Source: Acidimicrobiia bacterium (GTDB lineage: Bacteria; Actinomycetota; Acidimicrobiia; IMCC26256; JANYLB01). Taken from it: a stretch of DNA of 28,057 nucleotides. The translations under genes were made by a program, and so were the position numbers. The number at the start of each line of letters is the position of its first letter. Positions within the stretch are counted from its first letter, which is position 1. The notes below the pieces were generated by a model that saw only the letters and a program-made list of their open reading frames with translations, did no database searches and was not told the origin of the DNA. Below, piece by piece: positions 8,568-17,091 of this stretch. The stretch lies in contig JBBRHS010000001.1 in NCBI GenBank assembly GCA_038222385.1, positions 1-28,057 of the forward strand, in the 5' to 3' direction.

Positions 8568-8613
8568 TTTGGCGTCGCAAACCCCTCAGTGTTGTGGGGC
8601 TTGCGACGCCGAA
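8568..8613. repeat. Intergenic stem-loop (REP-like or mRNA-stabilising/terminator hairpin)
   Basis: GGCGTCGCAAACCCC-TCAGTGTTGT-GGGGCTTGCGACGCC. On the minus-strand transcript it forms a 15-bp stem with one G-U pair. Confidence 0.75.
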
Positions 8614-8626
8614 GCGACGGGAACGG

Positions 8627-9760
8627 TCAGACGCCGAGTCGGGAAGCGGCTTCGCGGCGGTAGCGGCTGGTGGAGTGCTCGGGGTCCTTGTCGAAGCGCG
8701 GGATGACCTCGTCGCCGAAGAGCTTCACCGTCTTCTCGAGGAGGTCATGGGGGTAGACGCTGCCCGACGGGCCCATGATGAGCTGGTCGACGCCGATGTT
8801 CTCCCACTTGCGGAGCGCTTCTTCGCAGTCGTCGGGGTCACCGACGATGCTCGCGCCCATCTTCCAACCCGCTTCGACCTGTTCGAGGGTGGGGTCGGCG
8901 ATCTCGGTCGGCCACTCCGGCACCCACTTGGGCCTCGGGAACGTGTCGAGATAGTGGAACACGAGGCTCTGCTGACGACCGTTGCCGGATCGGGTCAGGA
9001 GCTCGCGGGCCTCGTTGCGGTCTTCGAGGCACATGAAGTTGGTGGTGATCGCGATGTTGTCGTTCACGTACTCACCGACGGGCTCGGCGTCCTTGATCGT
9101 GTTCTTGTAGAGCTCGACGAGCGGCGCCATCTTCTCGGGCGCACCACCGGTGAAGCACAACACGCCGAGGCCCATCCTGGCGGCCTTCTCGAACGTGCCC
9201 GGGTTCCCGGCCGCGACCCACATCGCGGGGTGGGGCTTCACGTAGGGCTTGGGGAGCACGTTGCGCTCGGGGAGAGCGAAGAACTTCCCGTCGAACTGGT
9301 ACGTGCCGTCCTTCCACATCTTCTTGAACTCGGGGATCACCTCGTCGAACATGTCCTTCGTCGACTCGGGGTCGGTGATGCCGAAGCCGGCCTGCTCGGT
9401 GGTCGACGATCCGCGCCCGGTGCCGAACTCGAACCGGCCGCTGGAGAGGTGGTCCATCATCGCGACGCGCTCGGCGACACGGGCCGGGTGGTTCACCGGC
9501 GGGGTGATGTTGATGATCCCGGAGCCGACGTGCAACTGGTCGGTGCGGGCGAGCACCCACGGAGCGAGCACCTCGTTGGCCGAGATGTGGGAGTACTCCC
9601 AGAGAAAGTGGTGCTCGGTGAGCCAGGCGTACTTCCAGTTGTGCTGGTCGGCCGTGACGCACAGGTCGGCCTCGCTCATCAACCGGGTGTGCTCGGCCTG
9701 CGGGTCGGCCTCCATCATCGATTGCGGGATGTAACCGCCGCAGAACAGTCCGAACTCCAT
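8627..9760 (-). CDS. LLM-class (luciferase-like) flavin-dependent oxidoreductase/monooxygenase
   Basis: Start MEFGLF with SD GGAGG. Motifs WLTEHHF, HPARVAERVAMMDHLSSGRFEFGTGRG, PKPYVKPHPAMWVA. 377 aa. Confidence 0.92.
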   Translation of the reverse strand: MEFGLFCGGYIPQSMMEADPQAEHTRLMSEADLCVTADQHNWKYAWLTEHHFLWEYSHISANEVLAPWVLARTDQLHVGSGIINITPPVNHPARVAERVAMMDHLSSGRFEFGTGRGSSTTEQAGFGITDPESTKDMFDEVIPEFKKMWKDGTYQFDGKFFALPERNVLPKPYVKPHPAMWVAAGNPGTFEKAARMGLGVLCFTGGAPEKMAPLVELYKNTIKDAEPVGEYVNDNIAITTNFMCLEDRNEARELLTRSGNGRQQSLVFHYLDTFPRPKWVPEWPTEIADPTLEQVEAGWKMGASIVGDPDDCEEALRKWENIGVDQLIMGPSGSVYPHDLLEKTVKLFGDEVIPRFDKDPEHSTSRYRREAASRLGV

Positions 9761-9822
9761 CGTGGTGCTCCTCCCCGAGAGCTGTGGCCCGAGAGTGTGG
9801 CCGGGAGCGCCCCGACCGGATT

Positions 9823-9836
9823 TAGAACACGTTATA
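9823..9836. promoter_or_regulatory. KstR-type TetR operator (TnnAACnnGTTnnA)
   Basis: TAGAACACGTTATA matches all fixed positions of the mycobacterial KstR consensus and overlaps the predicted -10 of the LLM operon. Confidence 0.75.
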
Positions 9837-9857
9837 AAAACGGGGAGCACCTGTCCA
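9829..9857 (-). promoter_or_regulatory. SigA-like promoter of the LLM-thioesterase-dehydrogenase operon
   Basis: Minus strand: TGGACA (9857-9852), 17-nt spacer, TAACGT (9834-9829; TANNNT). Confidence 0.65.
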
Positions 9858-9895
9858 GTGGTTCGTTCCCGGTCGGGGCGCCGGCCGGCTGATGC

Positions 9896-10942
9896 TCAGC
9901 CGTCGGTGAGGTGGCGGTCGAGGAAGTCGGCCGCCTGCTTCAGCGTCGCTCGGGAGACGCCGGCCCAGGGCATGAGTATCTCGTAGACGTGGAACATGTT
10001 CGGGGCCAGGAACGACTCGACTTCGACGCCGTCGCCGCGCAGGCGGGCGACGAGCCGACCGATCTCGTCGCGGAACATCTCGTTCGTCCCGCGCGCCACG
10101 AACGACGGCGGGAACCCGCTCAGGTCGGCGTACACCGTCGACACCATCGGGTCGTGCGGGTCACGCTCGCCGAGGTATCCGCGCACGGGGATCTCGTCGG
10201 GCAGCACGTCGTGGTGGGCGTTGGCCGTGATCGACTCCTCGCCCATCACGAGGTCGACTTCGGGTGAGAACAGCAACGCGCACGCCGGCTCGGGGAGGTG
10301 CGCGGCGCGCGCGTCCTCGAACAGCGACGTTGCGAGACCACCACCGCCTGAGTCGCCCGCGATCACGATCTGGCTCGCGGTGCGGTTGTCGTCGAGGAGT
10401 CCTTCGAACACCTGGATCGCGTCGTCGAGGCCGGCGGGGAACGGGAACTCGGGCGCCAACCGGTAGTCGGCGATGAACAGGTCGCACCCTGTGATGCGCA
10501 CCAACTCGGCCGTGAAGATGGCGTACATCCACGGCGTGGTCGCGAGGTACCCGCCGCCGTGCAGGTAGAGGATCGTGGCGCGCGGGCGACCCGGAGGACG
10601 GACCCACACTCCCGGGATGTCGCGGATGAAGTCGTCCTCGATCGTCACACCATCGCGGGTCGCGATCGGCGGTAGCACCACCCGGCAGAGGTCGTCGAGC
10701 ACCTTCTCGAGTGAGCGCAGCCGGGGCGTCGGGAGGTTCATCGAGTAGGTCAGCAGGGTCTTGAGGATCTCCCGCATGCTCTCCTCGATCGTGTTGTCGA
10801 CGATCGACTGGGGCCCGGACCAGGGCTGATGCAGCGGGAGGGTCGCGATCGTGGTGCTCAGTCGGGCCGCGAGCTCGCCCACGGTGAGAGCCGAGTCGAC
10901 GAGCCCGGCGGTCTGCACCTCGGGGCGATCGGCCATGACCAT
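9896..10942 (-). CDS. Hormone-sensitive-lipase family (family IV) alpha/beta-hydrolase esterase/lipase
   Basis: HGGGY oxyanion motif, DYRLAPEFPFPAGLDD, nucleophile GDSGGG, acid in GTNEMFRDE, His in MFHVY. TAGGAT lies 6 nt before the ATG at 10942 (leaderless geometry). Confidence 0.92.
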   Translation of the reverse strand: MVMADRPEVQTAGLVDSALTVGELAARLSTTIATLPLHQPWSGPQSIVDNTIEESMREILKTLLTYSMNLPTPRLRSLEKVLDDLCRVVLPPIATRDGVTIEDDFIRDIPGVWVRPPGRPRATILYLHGGGYLATTPWMYAIFTAELVRITGCDLFIADYRLAPEFPFPAGLDDAIQVFEGLLDDNRTASQIVIAGDSGGGGLATSLFEDARAAHLPEPACALLFSPEVDLVMGEESITANAHHDVLPDEIPVRGYLGERDPHDPMVSTVYADLSGFPPSFVARGTNEMFRDEIGRLVARLRGDGVEVESFLAPNMFHVYEILMPWAGVSRATLKQAADFLDRHLTDG

Positions 10943-10997
10943 CGCCGGATCCTAGGGGTGCCGTGGTCTGGTCCCGATCCCGGGACCGCCCGGTGCG

Positions 10998-11024
10998 ACC
11001 GTGGGAGCGATCGCTCCTAAGATC
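10998..11024 (+). promoter_or_regulatory. Operator/promoter element, copy 1 (palindrome GGAGCGATCGCTCC at 11004-11017 plus -10 TAAGAT at 11018-11023)
   Basis: Perfect 14-bp palindrome abutting a TANNNT hexamer. The 27 bp are 24/27 identical to 22173-22199 read on the minus strand. Confidence 0.75.
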
Positions 11025-11030
11025 ATGGAC

Positions 11031-11813
11031 GTGACCACGCAGCGGCGTTTCAGGGTCGGCGAGCTGGCCGACCGCTGCGACCTCTCGGTCGACACCATCC
11101 GCTTCTACCAGAAGCGCGGTCTGCTCCCGCCTCCCGATCGCGTGGGCCGCGTCGGCTGGTACGGGCCGGGCCACGAGGAGCGCCTCGCCCGCATCCGCGA
11201 CCTCCAAGCCCAGGGCTTCACCCTCGCGGTGATCCGGCGACTCCTCGACGGTGAGCTCGACGCGGCCGACCTGCCGCTCGTCGCCGCGGTCGCCACCGAC
11301 GGGGAGGCCGACCGCGCCGAGCAGTTCCTCTCGCTCGCCGAGGTGGCCGAGCGCGCCGGAATTCCTCTCGCGCTCGTGGAGGCGGGCGAGCGGGAGGGGC
11401 TCCTCGTGCCGCGTCGCCACGCGGGCGAGGCCCGTTACACCGAGGGCGACGTCGTGATCGTGGGCTCCGCGCTGCGGCTCCTCGAGACCGGCCTCCCGAT
11501 GCCGGAGCTGTTCGCCATCGCGCGTCGTCACCACGAGACGACCCGTGAGATCGCCGAGATGGCCGTCGCGATGTTCGACGAGCACGTGCGGCGTCCGCTG
11601 CTCGCCGCCGAGCTCCCCGCGGATGTGCGCGCCGAGCAGCTCGTCGACGCGTTCCGGGTGCTGCTTCCGTCGGTGACGACGCTCGTCGCGCACCACTTCC
11701 GCCGCGTCCTGCTCGAGGTCGCGCAGGAACACATCGAAGCGGTCGGGGCACCCGAGGAACGCGCCGCGGTCGACGCCGAAGGTGGCCGTGCGCTCGAAGG
11801 ACCCTTCTCGTGA
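11031..11813 (+). CDS. MerR-family transcriptional regulator with tandem HTH repeats
   Basis: HTH1 FRVGELADRCDLSVDTIRFYQKRGLL; second, diverged HTH LSLAEVAERAGIPLALVEAGEREGLL. GTG at 11031 is 7 nt after TAAGAT (leaderless); alternative starts at 11025 and 11001. Confidence 0.9.
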   Translation: MTTQRRFRVGELADRCDLSVDTIRFYQKRGLLPPPDRVGRVGWYGPGHEERLARIRDLQAQGFTLAVIRRLLDGELDAADLPLVAAVATDGEADRAEQFLSLAEVAERAGIPLALVEAGEREGLLVPRRHAGEARYTEGDVVIVGSALRLLETGLPMPELFAIARRHHETTREIAEMAVAMFDEHVRRPLLAAELPADVRAEQLVDAFRVLLPSVTTLVAHHFRRVLLEVAQEHIEAVGAPEERAAVDAEGGRALEGPFS

Positions 11814-11826
11814 TCGGAGCGCTGCG

Positions 11827-12537
11827 GTGAGCGACGCGCCGGTACTCCCGGTCGGCGACGAGAAGCGCGTCATGGTCGAGACGATGTTCGACGGTGTGGC
11901 GCCCCGGTACGACCGGCTGAACCGGATCATCTCCCTCGGTCTCGACCAGGGCTGGCGCCACCGTACGGTGCAGACGCTCGGCCTGCCGGCCGGGTCCTGT
12001 GTGGTCGACCTCGCGTGTGGGACGGGCGATCTCTGCGACGACGTTCACGCCGCGGGCTACCGACCGTTCGGCTTCGACGTGTCGGCCGGCATGCTCTCCG
12101 CCGCGCACACCGCCGCGCCGCTCGTGCGGTCCGACGTGCTCGTGCTCCCGGTGCCCGACGCGTCGGTCGACGGGGTGACCTGCGGCTTCGCGCTCCGGAA
12201 CTTCGTCGACCTGTCGACGTTCTTCGCCGAGTGCGCACGCGTGCTGCGCCCGGGAGGTCGGATCGCGGCCCTCGACGCCGCTGAGCCGGAGAACCCGGTG
12301 ATGCGCATGGGCAACTCGGTGTGGTTCCGCCGGATCGTGCCGTGGATCGGGGCCCGCTTCTCCGACGACCCCGCCGCATACCAGTACCTCCCCGCATCGA
12401 CGGCCTACCTCCCACCCGGTCCCGCGCTGATGGGTCTCCTGCGCGACGCAGGCTTCGGTGCGGTCGACCGCCGCACGATGATGGGCGGTTCGGTCCAACT
12501 CCTCACGGGAACGCGCACCCGGGCGGCGACCCCGTGA
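11827..12537 (+). CDS. menG: Demethylmenaquinone methyltransferase (UbiE/MenG)
   Basis: MFDGVAPRYDRLNRIISLGLD, SAM motif VVDLACGTGDL, FALRNFVD, AYQYLPAST. GGAG lies 7 nt before the GTG at 11827. Confidence 0.9.
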   Translation: MSDAPVLPVGDEKRVMVETMFDGVAPRYDRLNRIISLGLDQGWRHRTVQTLGLPAGSCVVDLACGTGDLCDDVHAAGYRPFGFDVSAGMLSAAHTAAPLVRSDVLVLPVPDASVDGVTCGFALRNFVDLSTFFAECARVLRPGGRIAALDAAEPENPVMRMGNSVWFRRIVPWIGARFSDDPAAYQYLPASTAYLPPGPALMGLLRDAGFGAVDRRTMMGGSVQLLTGTRTRAATP

Positions 12538-13715
12538 CGAATGCCGCGCTCCGCCCCGAACTCGTCGCCCGCACGCGGTACCTCTCCGACGACCTCGACC
12601 CGCTCGATGCACTCGCACCCGGAGGATTCGCCTGGCTGCACGACGGTGCTGGATTCGTGGCGACCGGGGTTGCGGCGCGGGTTCCTGTCGACGACGTCGA
12701 CCGTGCGCTCGCGGAGTTCGTGGTCGACGACGCCGTGCGGAGCCCGGGGACCGGGGTCATCGCGGTCGGTGGGCTCCCCTTCGATCCCCGGGGTCCCGGC
12801 GAGATGGTGGTGCCCGCCACGGTCGTCGGCCGTACGACCGACGGCAGGACATGGATCACCGATGTCGACGCCGTCGCGCCGAGCGCGGTCTCGGTCTCGC
12901 CGCAACCGACGCGGTACACCGTCGATCGGGGGATGGATCGTGACGAGTGGGATGCCGCGGTGGCGCGGGTGCTCGCCGAGATCGACCGCGATGCCGTGCG
13001 CAAGGTGGTGCTCGCCCGCTCCGTGCACGTGGCCGCCGACGCGCCGTTCGACGTGCCTCGAATCGTCCGGCGCCTGCGGGCCGAACAGCCCGGGTGTTTC
13101 GTGTTCTCGACCGATGGTCTCGTCGGTGCGAGTCCCGAGCTTCTGCTCGCGCGCAACGGTCTCGACGTGTGGTCGCGTCCGCTCGCCGGCACCGCGCCCC
13201 GCCTCGACGACGCCGCACTCGCCCGCCTCACCGCCTCGGCGAAGGACGCGAACGAACACCGGTTCGTTGTCGACGCGCTGGTCGACGAGTTCCAGCGCCG
13301 GTGCGGTGCGAGTGTGCGCGTCGCGGGTCCCGAGATCCTGCGGTTCAGCACCCTGGCCCACCTCGCGACCACCATCTCGGGCCGTCTCCCTTCAGCCGTG
13401 GGCGACTCTGCGTTGGCGTTCGCTCGCGCCCTGCATCCGACTCCCGCAGTGGGCGGTACCCCGAACGACGCGGCGATGGCACTGATCGACGAGCTCGAAG
13501 GTGGGTCGCGCGGTCGCTACGCGGGTCCGGTCGGCTGGGTCGACGCCGACGGCAACGGCGAGTTCGCGCTCGCGCTGCGCAGTGCTGAGATCGACGGTAC
13601 CGATGCCGTGCTGAGCGCCGGCGCCGGCATCGTCGCCGGTTCCGACTCCGACGCCGAGTGGGCCGAGACCGAAGCCAAGCTCGCCCCCATGCTCTCCGCC
13701 CTCATCCGCCCGTAG
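12534..13715 (+). CDS. menF: Isochorismate synthase
   Basis: KVVLAR, GASPELL, PLAGT, KDANEH, LHPTPAVGG, RGRYAGPVGW, AGAGIVAGSD...EWAETEAKL. GTGA overlap with menG. Confidence 0.93.
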   Translation: MTNAALRPELVARTRYLSDDLDPLDALAPGGFAWLHDGAGFVATGVAARVPVDDVDRALAEFVVDDAVRSPGTGVIAVGGLPFDPRGPGEMVVPATVVGRTTDGRTWITDVDAVAPSAVSVSPQPTRYTVDRGMDRDEWDAAVARVLAEIDRDAVRKVVLARSVHVAADAPFDVPRIVRRLRAEQPGCFVFSTDGLVGASPELLLARNGLDVWSRPLAGTAPRLDDAALARLTASAKDANEHRFVVDALVDEFQRRCGASVRVAGPEILRFSTLAHLATTISGRLPSAVGDSALAFARALHPTPAVGGTPNDAAMALIDELEGGSRGRYAGPVGWVDADGNGEFALALRSAEIDGTDAVLSAGAGIVAGSDSDAEWAETEAKLAPMLSALIRP

Positions 13716-13727
13716 CCCGGGCCCCCA

Positions 13728-13778
13728 GTTCCGGTCAGGTTCTCGCCGTGCGGTGCGACAGATTCCGGACGAGTTCGA
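13728..13778. repeat. Direct repeat copy A: displaced duplicate of the menD 3' end
   Basis: 45/51 identical to 17092-17142, with the first 21 nt identical. The minus strand reads LELVRNLSHRTART*. Confidence 0.9.
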
Positions 13779-13788
13779 GGCGGTGGGG

Positions 13789-16700
13789 TCAGGGGATGGC
13801 CGCGGTGGCCTGGGCTTGGGCGGGCGTCATGCCGATCCGCTCGGCGAGCTCGGCAGTGGTGGTGAGGAGGACGGTGGCGTGGTCCCGATCGCCGGGCACG
13901 TCGCGGCGGAGGAGCACGATGCCGAGGTCGAGCCCGCTCTCGACGACGAGCTGGTGGAGCTCCAGACGTTCGTGGAACGCGTGGCCGGCCTCCATGAGCT
14001 CGACGGCCCGGTCGAGGTTGCCCCGCACCGCGGCGAAGCGGCCGCGAGCCGCGTCCGCGGCCCCGACGATAGCGGCGTCGCTGCCGAGCAGCTCCCCGGG
14101 GAAACCCTCGGCGTACTCGGCGTACCCCTCGAGGCCGTCGAGCGAATCGAGGTGGAACGCGAGTCGTGGCATGTAGCCGAGGTCGGTGTAGCGCGAGACC
14201 GGTGGCACGAACGGCTCGATCTCACGCAGCCAGTCCGCGAGCAGAGCTCGGGCTGCCGGCGCGTCCCCCATGTCGAGTGCCATCAGGGCCGCGGTGGGGA
14301 CGACGAGTCCGAGCGCCGTCGCGTCGCACCGCGACTGCCAGATCGCCGCGGCGACGAAGTCGCCGGTGAGGCGGGCGGCGGCAAAACATTGGAGTGCTCG
14401 AATGCCGTCGTTGGAGTCGCCGAGCGCCGTCCCGAGCTCATGCGCGATCTCCGCCAACCGGACCGCTTCGTCGAACCGCCCGCTCGCGACCGCGTGTCCG
14501 GCCCGGTAGTCGGCGATCGCCCATCCTTCGAGCGCGCCGCGCACCTCCGACGTTCGAAGGAAGGCCGCGGTCGCGCCCTCGAGATCTCCTTGGCTGAGCC
14601 GCGCGTTCGCGAGCTGGTAGTGGGCTCCGACCTCCACGCTGCGATCGTTGCCTGCGCGCGCGGCTTCGATGGCGGCTTCAGCTGCCCGCTGTACGTCGAC
14701 CGCCGGGAGCACCCCGCGTACGGCCCAAGCCCGTACCGCCAGTGCGGAGCAGAGGGCAGGCTCGTCACCCGCTTCGCGCGCGGCCGCGACTGCGTCGTCG
14801 GCTCCCCGGAGGGCACCGCCCGGAGAGAGGATCGACCCGAGAGCGAGCGCGGAGAGCACCCGGGCCCGCACGTCGGGCCGGTCAGCTCCCAGTGCGCTGA
14901 GTCCCTCCTGCATGATCTCGGCGCCGACCGGGTCACTCGGGCTCGCCCATACTCCCAACTCGCCGCCATAGGCGACGCCGGCCTCTGCGAGCCGGGTCGC
15001 GTCGCCGACATCGCGAGCCATGTCGGCGGCCGCGAGTGCGTACTCGTGGCCGCGCTCGGGCTCACCGGCGCTGTGGGAGCACGTGGCGATCTCGGAGGTG
15101 AGCGCCGAGCGCAGTCCCGGGTCCTCGCGCTCGATGGAGTCGAGCGCGTCGAGCGTGCGTTCGTACAGCGCGATGGCATCCTCCCAGGCGAACGAATTCC
15201 GTGCCCCGTGCGCCGCCTCGCAGGCGCACTCCACCGCCCGAGCTGCGACGCCCGTGACCGCGGCTTCGAGGTAGTGGTGGGCGAGCACGTCGATGGGTGT
15301 TCCCGGTCTCGTGTCGAGCAGCTCGGCGATCTTGCGGTGCAGGCGCAGTCGCTTGTTGGTCGTCAGCTCCTCGAGCAGCGTCTGGCGGACGAGCGCGTGG
15401 GCGAAACTCAGGCGGCCCGGGCTCCCCTCGACCTCGTCGACGAGCTGCGCGGCAACGGCTTCGTCGAGGCGGTCGACCGCGGTGTCTTCGTCGATCTGCA
15501 GCACCGTCGCCACGAGGTCGACCTCGAACTCACGCCCGAAGACGGCGGCGGTGCGCATGAGGTCGTTCGTCTGTTCGGAGAGCCGCGAGAGGCGCTGGCC
15601 GATGACGTCACGCACGCCCTCGGGGAGGCCGGCCTCGCCGGGCGCGAGGGTGCCGACCCACACGCCGTCGTGCTGCACGAGTGCGCCGGTCTCGACGAGG
15701 TTGCGGAGCACCTCGGTGACGAAGAACGGATTGCCGTCGGTCTCGGCGGCCAGCCGGTCGGCCAGCGCGAGGCCCTCGGTCTCGAGGGGCTGTCCGCTCG
15801 CGGCCTCGAGGAACGCGCGCATCCCGGTTTCGTCGAGACCGCGCAGCGCGATGCGTTCCGCGCCGGCCGAGCGGTGGAGGTCGGCGAGAGCGCTGGAGAG
15901 CGCGTGGCTGCGGTCGATGTCGGTGTCGCGGTATGTGACGAGCACGAGCACGTGGGTGTCGGGGTCGAAGTGGCTTACGACGTGGCGGAGCAGGTGCACG
16001 CTGCCCGAGTCGGCCCAGTGCGCATCGTCGAGGAGCACCACGAGCGGCTGCGGATCGGCCGCCCGCTGGAGGAGGTCGACGACGGCCTCGAAGAGCAGGA
16101 GCCGTTCGGTGTCGGGATCGGTCGAGGCTGGTGGCGGGGCATCGGGAACGCGGCGAGCGAGATCGGGCACGAGTCGGCAGATCTCACCGCCGTGGTGGGC
16201 CACGTGCTCGATGATGGTGTCGTCGCTCACGTTGGCAACGACGAAGCGCAGCAGCTCGGTCCACGGTGCGTACGGCGCAGCGACGTGCTCGTCGCAGCGG
16301 CCGAGTGCCACGAGCGCACCTTGGTCGTGGGCCTGCCGGGAGACCTCCGACGCGAGTCGCGTCTTGCCGATGCCGGGTTCGCCGGCGAGGAAGACCGTGG
16401 TCGCTCGGTCCACCTGGGCGCGCTTCCAGGCATCGGTCAGTTGGAGGCGTTCGTCGTCGCGGCCAGCGAAGGGGACCTCCCCCGATTGCCGGCGGAGCGG
16501 CGCGGGTAGTGGGGCCGTGGCCTCGACGGCTGCGGTCCAGGGCACGTCGAACACGATGACGGGATCGGGGAGGCCCTTCAGATCGATCTCGCCCACGAGC
16601 ACGAAGCTGAGCTCGGTGCGACCGCGCGCGAGGCCGCGTACGAGGTCGTCGCAGAGGATCTGGTTGCCGTCGGCCGAGTCGCACAGACGCGCCGCGGTGA

Positions 16701-17055
16701 CGACCGGCGTGCCGTGGCAATCGCCGTCTTCCCAGGAGACGTCGCCTGCGCTCAAGCCGACGCGCACTTCGATCCGTCGGTCCTCGCGGGCTTGGCGGTT
16801 CGAGCGGTCGATCTCGCGCTGGATCTCGTGCGCCGCGTTCACCGCTTCTGCGGTGGCTCCGAACGCGGCGAGGATGCCGTCGCCGAGTCCCTTCACCACG
16901 GTTCCGCTGTGCCGGGTGACCACCGCACCGAGGATCTCGTCGTGATGGCGTCGCAGTCGATCGGCTTCCGCGTCGCCGAGCCGGGACCGCATCTCGGTGC
17001 TCCCGACGACGTCGGTGTACAGAATCGTCGCGGTGCCCGCCCCGGCCTGGCTCAC
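13789..17055 (-). CDS. Class III adenylate/guanylate cyclase - STAND (AAA_16-like) ATPase - helical/TPR-like repeat protein
   Basis: Cyclase ILYTDVVGSTE...VVKGLGDG...VRVGLSAGD...GTPVVTAARL; Walker A GEPGIGKT; Walker B LVVLLDDAHWAD; FAHALVRQTL; Ala-rich helical C-terminus; no LuxR HTH. GTG at 17055 is 7 nt after TAGCCT. 1088 aa. Confidence 0.9.
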   Translation of the reverse strand: MSQAGAGTATILYTDVVGSTEMRSRLGDAEADRLRRHHDEILGAVVTRHSGTVVKGLGDGILAAFGATAEAVNAAHEIQREIDRSNRQAREDRRIEVRVGLSAGDVSWEDGDCHGTPVVTAARLCDSADGNQILCDDLVRGLARGRTELSFVLVGEIDLKGLPDPVIVFDVPWTAAVEATAPLPAPLRRQSGEVPFAGRDDERLQLTDAWKRAQVDRATTVFLAGEPGIGKTRLASEVSRQAHDQGALVALGRCDEHVAAPYAPWTELLRFVVANVSDDTIIEHVAHHGGEICRLVPDLARRVPDAPPPASTDPDTERLLLFEAVVDLLQRAADPQPLVVLLDDAHWADSGSVHLLRHVVSHFDPDTHVLVLVTYRDTDIDRSHALSSALADLHRSAGAERIALRGLDETGMRAFLEAASGQPLETEGLALADRLAAETDGNPFFVTEVLRNLVETGALVQHDGVWVGTLAPGEAGLPEGVRDVIGQRLSRLSEQTNDLMRTAAVFGREFEVDLVATVLQIDEDTAVDRLDEAVAAQLVDEVEGSPGRLSFAHALVRQTLLEELTTNKRLRLHRKIAELLDTRPGTPIDVLAHHYLEAAVTGVAARAVECACEAAHGARNSFAWEDAIALYERTLDALDSIEREDPGLRSALTSEIATCSHSAGEPERGHEYALAAADMARDVGDATRLAEAGVAYGGELGVWASPSDPVGAEIMQEGLSALGADRPDVRARVLSALALGSILSPGGALRGADDAVAAAREAGDEPALCSALAVRAWAVRGVLPAVDVQRAAEAAIEAARAGNDRSVEVGAHYQLANARLSQGDLEGATAAFLRTSEVRGALEGWAIADYRAGHAVASGRFDEAVRLAEIAHELGTALGDSNDGIRALQCFAAARLTGDFVAAAIWQSRCDATALGLVVPTAALMALDMGDAPAARALLADWLREIEPFVPPVSRYTDLGYMPRLAFHLDSLDGLEGYAEYAEGFPGELLGSDAAIVGAADAARGRFAAVRGNLDRAVELMEAGHAFHERLELHQLVVESGLDLGIVLLRRDVPGDRDHATVLLTTTAELAERIGMTPAQAQATAAIP

Positions 17056-17091
17056 AAACCGGAGGCTACGCCCATACCGAACAGCCGATCC

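Larger units (their letters stand above)
9807..9881. repeat. Perfect 13-bp inverted repeat (9807-9819 and 9869-9881) enclosing a 49-bp relatively AT-rich promoter segment
   Basis: GCGCCCCGACCGG and CCGGTCGGGGCGC are exact reverse complements. Confidence 0.85.

Noticed and set aside
10970-10987. 7-bp hairpin GGTCCCG-ATCC-CGGGACC between the esterase and MerR genes
   Set aside because: Short and GC-rich, expected by chance; no second copy seen.
13753-16509. 918-aa plus-strand ORF antisense to the cyclase-STAND gene
   Set aside because: A shadow ORF typical of high-GC DNA; no recognisable motifs, and the opposite strand has a clear domain architecture.
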